From the NCBI GenBank assembly GCA_049999805.1, contig JBNGIO010005486.1, positions 44,121 through 64,120 of the forward strand: a stretch of DNA of 20,000 nucleotides, read 5' to 3'. The position numbers were made by a program, and so were the translations under genes. Shown piece after piece: positions 12,946-20,000 of this stretch. Source of the DNA: Folioceros fuciformis. Taxonomy: Eukaryota. The notes beneath the pieces were generated by a model. The model worked only from the letters and a program-made list of their open reading frames with translations. It was not told where the DNA came from and did not search any database. Numbering within the stretch: the stretch's first letter is position 1; each line of letters opens with the position of its first letter.

Positions 12946-13449
12946 TCACATCCAAGTGTCTTCCACAAAATCACTCACACAAAAATCTTGATCTCTATCT
13001 ACATAATTTTCGTACCTAATAATACAATCCACAACTTGCACAGTTGCGCTACGAGCATATGGACAAGCTAATAAAAGACGATCTCGCACAATTTCCACAC
13101 AAGTCTGGCATTGCAATTTGGTAACCATTGTGGGCTCTTTGACATAACAATCAACTTTACCCCATATTGCTGGAAACGATAACAACCCATTTCTCATTCT
13201 TATTCTGCATTCATAAGGCCTTGATGGAAAGTTTCTTGCAGAATTTTGTACGAGTAATTTTAGCATTGTGGTCACTGCTTCTTCCCATAATGTGCCTGGC
13301 AAAAAAGATGATCCACATCTAGTGAATAGAGCAGTGGTGTTTGGTGCAATAATCTCTTCCAAGATGAAGCTTGTTGACACAACTCTATGAAAAAATATTA
13401 ACAGAAGTAACAGAAGATAGCTAATATAGTTTGCTCTAAATCCTTTCAT
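12946..13449 (-). CDS. Secreted single-domain Gnk2/DUF26 (stress-antifungal, cysteine-rich repeat secretory) protein, intronless, 167 aa
   Basis: Hydrophobic signal peptide (YLLLLLLIFFHRVVST). Domain with IWGKVDC...CQTC...LLLACPYARSATVQVVDCIIRYENY matches the Gnk2 pattern (G-x3-C...C-x2-C...C...C-x-x-RYE-x-Y). No transmembrane or kinase domain. Confidence 0.85.
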   Translation of the reverse strand: MKGFRANYISYLLLLLLIFFHRVVSTSFILEEIIAPNTTALFTRCGSSFLPGTLWEEAVTTMLKLLVQNSARNFPSRPYECRIRMRNGLLSFPAIWGKVDCYVKEPTMVTKLQCQTCVEIVRDRLLLACPYARSATVQVVDCIIRYENYVDRDQDFCVSDFVEDTWM

Positions 13450-14067
13450 GTAGATTTCTGTGGTTATAATCCAAGTGCTACATCCATCTAGTAGAGATTC
13501 AAAATACCATAATCAAAATAAAAACCTTGTTATTCTTACATTGTTCACAAACGAAACTATACGGACAAAGAATCTTTTAGTGAAACATATGTGAGCATTC
13601 ACTCCGTGAGAAGAAAAGGTTTCTCTTAAATAGGTTTTTGAATTAAAAATTTTACCAAAAAGATGCATTGAGAACTTCTAGAGAATTTTTATGTCAAATT
13701 TGACTTTCTTTGCATAGTTGGATTCTTTTTCTTCTTTCTTACTTATGATGTATATATAAATAAATATTATGCATATATACATAATACTATACTTGTAAAT
13801 TAAATATGATTCTATGTATTAGGTAGGACAACAACAACGGGTGGAACTTCGTGTATATGATTTGTTCTCGAAAAATGATTAAGTAGATTATGTAATATGA
13901 TTTTTTAAAAAGTATCTAGTAGTTAAAAAATATTTTCTCCAACACTACATGTATATAATCACCATATGTTTTCGTATTTGAATAAATCTTTATTTGAAGG
14001 TCAAAGATGGAACCGTCCAACCTATAATGGAAAGAAACATGGAACAAGGACCATATTGGATTGTTAT

Positions 14068-14085
14068 GAAAAAAAAAAAAAAAAA
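14068..14085 (+). repeat. Poly(A)18 tract
   Basis: A-run at the right edge of an AT-rich island. Confidence 0.9.
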
Positions 14086-14908
14086 GGTGAGAAAAACAGG
14101 TCACTCTCCTTGCTAGCTTCCTGCTTTGGTACATGCGGCTGCCACCTTCTGCTTCGAGGGTCCAGGTTCAGGCAAACCAAAAAGGGCGGGATTCGCAAGG
14201 TCCAAAGACGGACAACGGAGGGGTATCATCTTCGTAGAACGGACCCATGCACACCGTTGGACCCATTATGTTTTTCATTGCGCTGCTCCCTTGAGGAAAA
14301 ACGAATGACTGCCCGAGCTGGTCGTTACTGCTTGCTGATGAATGACTGAAATGACCGACAGCGAGACGAGATAAGCACGCGACAGGTTGAAAGAGATGCA
14401 AGATGTCCCAGCTGGAGAGCCAATGTAGGACCTTCTGGACTGTTTTCTCTGCAAAAGGGTGCCAGCTGCACGACATGCACAGGAAGGCTGCAACCAACAG
14501 CAGTTGGCTTCAGGTACTACTTGTAAATAGGTTGCCCTTACAGGGCACCAATTGGCAAGTTGCACATATGATGTCACAAAGAATAGTAGTTCTTACGGCT
14601 ACTTAAGTATCCACTCATGTCACACGCACTTGAAACTACTGCATGAAGAATCCTCGAGCCAGGGATGTTTCATGTGCAGCCAGGAGGCAACAGTTCACGC
14701 TGTAGGACAAGGTAACACGGGCCCTGAGGCAAAGACGAACCCATCTGCTCGGAAGATGGGATGTTATGACCAGAGAAAAGAAACAATGCTCTTTAAATGT
14801 CGTGGTTGCTTTTCTGTGAGCCTGGAGATCGCTTGACGTATGCTGGAAAGTATAGACTGAGGGACCATCACTCCACTCCCTAACCACTAAAGCTTGTCAA
14901 ATGCCGGC

Positions 14909-15784
14909 TCACAAACTCCAACCCAAAGCCATCGGCACCACAAGAGAACAGGCGATAACTAGCAAGCGGGGTGCTTCCAGCATCCCTGCACTCTTGTCAG
15001 GGGTGACGGTGAAATTCCCATTGAAGCTTCCTACACCACACGCAAGCAGAAGCCGGCTGTGAGCAGAGCAGGATGGAAAGTTCATCCATCCCCGGTGTTA
15101 GACATCCGAGTCGGATGCATGCAGGAGGAAAATTGAAGCAGGAAAATCGGGAAGGAGAGCGCCAGGCCAGAGCAGTGCTCCCTTACTCACCATTGCTCGT
15201 TATCGAGCAGCCCGTGTTGATCGCCGCTTTCACATTCGCCGGAGATGCGTAGTCGTTGAAGCGGAACTCGGGATACACTTTTGTGAGGCAAGACAGCTGG
15301 TGAGTAGTCTGGGAAGAGCAGTTGAGACAGTAGTGCGTTGTAAGCGCCGCAGGCACGTGCAGCTTCCCCGTTTCGTTCAGAAACGTAGCCGCATCCGGGC
15401 ACGCAGAAGTCTGCACGCCATCCCACAGCATTTACAGAACAAGTCATCGAAAAGTCGCGTCACGTCACACCCACCGCACCAGCCCCAGCAATCCGAGTGC
15501 AGCCACCCACAGCGTTCTGCAAACACAACAGCGCGTTGGTGTACGCCTGGTTCTTGTCAAGGTTCACCATCCCCGTAGGATCCAGAGGAGCCGGTGGCGC
15601 AGACGCAGCCTCAACCGTGCCTGCACGGAATCCGATACCGCAAAGTTATAAACAAAATTCCTGAATCCACACCATTCAGCAGCGGAACCAAGCTCATACG
15701 AGTTCCCATCTCACCCCAAGCGATGCTCAAAAGCAGCACGGAGAGCGTGCCCCAGGCAGCCGCGGACGACATGCACCTGGCCAT
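14909..15784 (-). CDS. Cys-rich secreted, probably GPI-anchored protein of unknown function (DUF7731-like), 173 aa, 4 exons
   Basis: Exons 15784-15715, 15620-15511, 15410-15191, 15030-14909 (522 nt, GT-AG, phases 1/0/1). Protein: MARCMSSAAAWGTLSVLLLSIAWGTVEA ASAPPAPLDPTGMVNLDKNQAYTNALLCLQNATSACPDAATFLNETGKLHVPAALTTHYCLNCSSQTTHQLSCLTKVYPEFRFNDYASPANVKAAINTGCSITSNGSFNGNFTVTPDKSAG MLEAPRLLVIACSLVVPMALGWSL. It has a signal peptide, a 6-Cys domain and a hydrophobic tail. The family name is from memory of the pattern ALLC...C...L-x3-G-x-L-x-VP...YC...F-x-F...GC...GNF-x-V. Confidence 0.82.
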
Positions 15785-16133
15785 GGCTCACAAGGCGAAG
15801 TAATCGCTACTCCCAGACCCTTTCGCAGAGAAAGCGCAACCGGGTTCTGGTGGCGGAAAGAAGGCCCGTGGGCAGGAAGGGCGGAGGAAGACGCAATTTG
15901 AGGAAGGCAGGGGGAGCAGGGCCAGGTTCCCCCTGAATCCGGAACCGGGCCCAAAGGCGATCCCAAACAATCCGTGCGGGGGCCCGGCTCCAGGCTGGGG
16001 AAGAGAACAGTACAAGGGACAACCTCAGGCCGGGACAGCGTGATCCATAGGAAAAGCTGTGACAGCCCCGCCCAGCCAGGCTGCAAGTCAAACAGCGGCC
16101 CGCCGGGAGGGAATTCTTCACGGGCAAGCAGAG

Positions 16134-16141
16134 GCATATTC
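16134..16141. promoter_or_regulatory. P1BS (PHR1-binding) element
   Basis: GCATATTC fits GNATATNC; about 680 bp upstream of the PHT1 ATG. Confidence 0.65.
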
Positions 16142-16204
16142 CGGCACAAAATCGCTGCCCCCGCCGCTTCCGGCTGGGGCGGGGCAGGAGGCCCAGATGC
16201 CCAG

Positions 16205-16212
16205 GCATATAC
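16205..16212. promoter_or_regulatory. P1BS (PHR1-binding) element
   Basis: GCATATAC fits GNATATNC; about 610 bp upstream of the PHT1 ATG. Confidence 0.65.
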
Positions 16213-16748
16213 CATATCCCAGTGCCGCAGGACAGGATTGCGTGGTGACCGGGGCCAGCCGGTGGCACCCTGCGGGACCCTGTCGGTGACGCGTGCTGGC
16301 GACGGCGGGGCCTAACCGGGCCCTCGGTTAAGCAGCCCGCCTCGGTTTACCCGCTGCTGCAAACCCCTTGGCAGCAGTGTGGGTTATATCACGCTTCGTG
16401 TCCCGCCCAGCTCCAACTGCATCGGCTTGAAGGAGTCTGAAGCAGGCGGCAGCCACTTTGTGGGGGTGCGAGCGTTGGATCGTGAGTGGTGCCCCAGAAT
16501 TGCGAGCAGAGGTGCGTGTTACAGTGCTGCAGTACGGGGCTCTGGTACACCTGGTCGGTCCTGTCACCGGCCCTGATGCTCGTGCTGCATGCTGTTAATG
16601 GCAGCCCAGACCCGTGGCGGCCTTGCTTGCTTGCTGCTGCTGGGCTGGGTGGCTGGGAGAGGTTTGGAGCTCTTCGGTGTGGTAGGACATTGTGCTTGTG
16701 GAGGGACTGACAATGTGGGTGTGTGCTGGTGGGATGGGATGGACTCGG

Positions 16749-16763
16749 GTGTGTGTGTGTGTG
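16749..16763. repeat. (GT)n microsatellite directly before a CAG acceptor-like site in the PHT1 leader
   Basis: gtgtgtgtgtgtgtg followed by cag (16764-16766). Confidence 0.85.
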
Positions 16764-16821
16764 CAGGGACTGGGAGAGCAAGAGTATAGCCAGCTGGTTC
16801 GAGTCCCCGGCGGCGATCCCG

Positions 16822-18743
16822 ATGAGTTCCAAGGCTCAGGCGCAGCAGGCGCCCTCGGCGCATCGGGAGTCCGATGTTCTCGCCGCTCTAGACTCGGCCA
16901 AGACGCAATGGTACCATGCGACTGCGGTGATCATCGCCGGGATGGGCTTCTTCACGGATGCCTACGACTTGTTCTGCATCTCCACTGTGACGAAGCTTCT
17001 GGGGCGGCTTTACTACTACGATCCTTCCAGAACCGCGCCCGGGGTGCTGCCGCCAGCAGTGTATGTGTCGTTGACTGGAATGTCTCTGGTGGGCACTCTA
17101 GTGGGGCAACTCTTCTTTGGGGCCATGGGCGATTTGTACGGGAGGAAGAGGGTGTATGGAGTCACGCTTGTGCTCATGATCGCCTGCTCCATCGGGAGCG
17201 CCCTGTCCTTCGGACACACCGCCAAGGCCGTGATAATAACGCTGTGCTGGTTCCGGTTCTGGCTGGGCTTTGGCATAGGTATGATCGCCTTGAGAGAATC
17301 GAGCTGGCTGGTTCATGTTCGCAGGCTATAGCTATAGCCATAGCTGGAATGCTGCGAGTTTGCCTGTCACCCATTTCATGCAGCCAAGGGCGTGCTGCAT
17401 TGTCTGGTGCGAGGGCGGTAGCGTGTATACATGACTGATTGCGTCTCGTGTGTACGTGTTTGAGCCTGTGTTGAGCAGGAGGAGACTACCCGCTCTCGGC
17501 CACCATCATGTCAGAGTATTCCAACACCCGAACCCGAGGCTCCTTCATCGCTGCAGTCTTTGCCATGCAAGGCTTCGGCATTCTCTTTGGCGGAGTAGTT
17601 GCCATGGTCGTGAGTGCCTCTCTGGGAGCGAGGTCGCGCACAACTCCGTCGTTCGAGCAAGATGAGATCCTCTCGACCCCTCCCGAGACGGACTTCATTT
17701 GGAGGCTCATCTTCGCCATCGGAGCCATCCCGGCGGCCATGACTCTGTACTGGAGGATGAAGATGCCGGAAACTGCCCGGTACACCGCCCTGGTGGAGGG
17801 GAACATGAAGCAAGCGGCAGCAGACATGGCCACAGTTCTCAACGTCGAGTTCCAGCCAGACCAGAACGAGAAGGTGGCAGAACATCAGCTGAAGCCCTCC
17901 GAGCAGTACGGATTATGGTCCAGGGAGTTCACCAAGAGGCACGGCTTGCATCTCGTGGGCACCACCGTCTGCTGGTTCGTGCTGGACGTGGCGTACTACA
18001 GCCAGAACCTGTTCCAGAAGGACGTTCTCACAGCCGTCGGCTGGCTGAACAAAGCCTCCAAGATGCACGCAGCCCAGGAAGTGTACGACATCGCCAGGGG
18101 GCAAGCGCTGCTTGCGCTCTTCACCACAGTACCGGGATACTGGTTCACCGTAGCCTTGATAGATAGAATCGGGCGGTTCAAAATCCAGTTGGGAGGCTTC
18201 TTCTTCATGACTATCTTCATGCTGGCCGGAGCTATCCCATACAACCATCTGCGTGGCAAAGCCTGCACCACCAGCGAGACGGGCTACTGCCATGGGCACG
18301 TGATGCTCTTCGTGGTGCTGTACGGGCTCACCTTCTTCTTCTCCAACTTCGGTCCCAACAGCACAACCTTCATCGTCCCCGCCGAGATCTTCCCAGCCAG
18401 GGTGCGGTCCACCTGCCACGGGATCTCCGCTGCCGCAGGCAAACTAGGAGCCATCGTCGGCAGCTTCGGCTTCCTGTTAGCTTCACAGGACAGCAAACAT
18501 GCTGATCCAGGCTACCACAAAGGCTTTGGCACACGGAACTCTCTCATCTTCATGGCTTGCATCAACGCCATAGGCTTCCTCTTCACCTTCCTGGTGCCAG
18601 AAACTAAAGGGCGATCGCTGGAGGAGCTATCAGGGGAGAATGAAGACATGGGCATCGTACTATCAGTTCCACACTCCACCTCCAGTATCCATAGCACCGG
18701 GAACAAAGGCACAGCCTTTGACTCCCCAAACATGGAAGTCTGA
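16822..18743 (+). CDS. PHT1: PHT1-family H+/inorganic phosphate symporter (MFS), 573 aa, 2 exons
   Basis: Exons 16822-17278 and 17479-18743 (1722 nt); 200-nt GT-AG intron. Splicing restores the family signature [17 protein letters not shown]. Also [68 protein letters not shown] and [10 protein letters not shown]. Confidence 0.97.
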
Positions 18744-19896
18744 TCCTCTCCTCGACCTTCAGCACAGTTCCTGGAAAGCCGACCATCATCACACTTTCCG
18801 ACACATCTATATCCTTCCGGGTCATGGAGCAGTCGACAACAAATTCAGCCATCATAGATCCCTTTCATAGGCCTCGTTTCTTTCTAGAAAATGCCAGCCC
18901 CATGAATGTTTGAAGAGAACAACAGATTCAGACAGCATAGACGCTCGATTTCCTATAGAAGAAGACAGCCCTACGAATATTCGTTGCCTACTGATTAGAG
19001 CTTCCCTGCTTTTCTGTTTTCAAAATTAAAAATCTTAATCTAGATTATGTAGCTATACTCAACTCCTGCCTGCTGCGTGTTTTGTTTTCACTACAATCCT
19101 CATAGCTCCGCCGCCTCCTCGGGTTCATCCGGGTTTGCCTTGTTGGGTGGGCTTCACTACAATCTTTCAGCTGCCACCCATAGCTTCTGGTTTGGGTCCT
19201 ATCATACCCATGTCAACAACCGGCATCCAAACATTAGAGAGGTCTGGACATTAAAAAGCATAAGAAGAGTCCATGGATTATAACACGCCACTCCACTTGG
19301 GCCCTTCCCGCCCTTAACTTTGCAATTCCCATGGCAGTCTGCACTGCAACATGTAAAAGGTAAAAGTAAATTATGAAAAAAATATTAATAAAACTATTCT
19401 TTATTTGTTTTCAAATGTTGCTAGAAGAGTAGAAAAATATGGTTTAATTAGCATCCTCACAAGTGGTGAATAAGATCCCAAAAAATATGTCATAATTATT
19501 CATTGAATATGATATCCAAGAAAAATAAATAAATCAAACAAGTATATTAGCTCTTTTTTATAAGATGAATTAAATGATTGTATGATTGAGTCACTTTTGG
19601 AAATGGTTGACAAGGCCAAAACATATTCCTTAAAAGTTGGGTAAAATATATCACAATAATCTCGTGTAAATGAAGTTCAGAACCTTAGGGTGAAATAAGA
19701 GACTATTTTCAAATCAATTTTGTAGGCAGCTTCACCTCTAGCAGGGAACTCTCTATATGTTGGTGCTCTTGCATATGCTCTTGTTGTTGATGCTACTACT
19801 AGTCCTCTACATGTGCGACTATTCTACTTTTTTCCCTCTTAGATTAACAAGCCTATGGGTTGCGATCCTACTTGCCAAAGTAGGATCACAACAGAG

Positions 19897-20000
19897 TGGA
19901 AGGCAGCTGGATTCCTCGTGCATAATGGCCAATGGAAGGCAGTTGGATTCCTCGTGCATAATGGCCAATGGAAGGCAGTTGGATTCCTCGTGCATAATGG
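19897..20000. repeat. 36-bp tandem repeat, at least 2.9 near-identical copies, running off the right edge
   Basis: TGGAAGGCAGYTGGATTCCTCGTGCATAATGGCCAA at 19897, 19933 and 19969. Confidence 0.95.

Noticed and set aside
14068..14085. Poly(A) as the retro-tail of the Gnk2 or CCR4-4 gene
   Set aside because: Wrong strand and side for Gnk2; about 1.85 kb from the CCR4-4 stop with another gene in between.
14541..14557. CAGGGCACCAATTGGCA as a miR399 site or IPS1-type target mimic near PHT1
   Set aside because: Only the two ends match the miR399 complement; the central CTCCT pairing is missing and the site is too short.
15785..16821. MYCS/CTTC mycorrhiza element beside the P1BS sites
   Set aside because: No exact TTCTTGTTC match found on either strand in the intergenic region.
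15727..16863. Multiple 65-162 aa ORFs in the divergent promoter
   Set aside because: Pro/Gly/Ala/Arg-rich products expected from high-GC non-coding DNA; no family motifs.
17324..17339. Perfect 16-bp palindrome GGCTATAGCTATAGCC in the PHT1 intron (also AAGGGTTAACCCTT at 3609-3622)
   Set aside because: Explained by short (ATAGCT)n slippage or chance; no functional support.
19897..20000. 36-bp repeats as a CRISPR array
   Set aside because: The units are contiguous with no spacers, there are no cas genes, and the context is eukaryotic.

Overview
Eukaryotic nuclear DNA from a compact, gene-dense land-plant genome. The mostly 85-200 nt GT-AG introns, GC-rich genes and single-domain DUF26 protein suggest a seed-free plant such as a hornwort or lycophyte, but that is inference only. 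I reconstructed six genes by hand: (1) INTS4/SIEL, minus strand, running off the left edge; (2) a complete 10-exon plastid NTRC; (3) an intronless CCR4-4/HESPERIN-like EEP phosphodiesterase; (4) an intronless secreted single Gnk2/DUF26 protein; (5) a 4-exon Cys-rich secreted, probably GPI-anchored protein (DUF7731-like) that the ORF track shows only as one fragment; (6) a 2-exon PHT1 phosphate transporter. Genes 5 and 6 are head-to-head across 1037 bp containing two P1BS (PHR-binding) elements, a candidate bidirectional phosphate-starvation module. AT-rich, repeat-rich islands separate the genes. One island lies beside a 100-N assembly gap and holds an ORF fusing an F-box-associated-like segment to a retrotransposon gag-like segment. 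No prokaryotic-type systems, CRISPR arrays, tRNA or rRNA were found. All family assignments come from motif recognition, not database searches.
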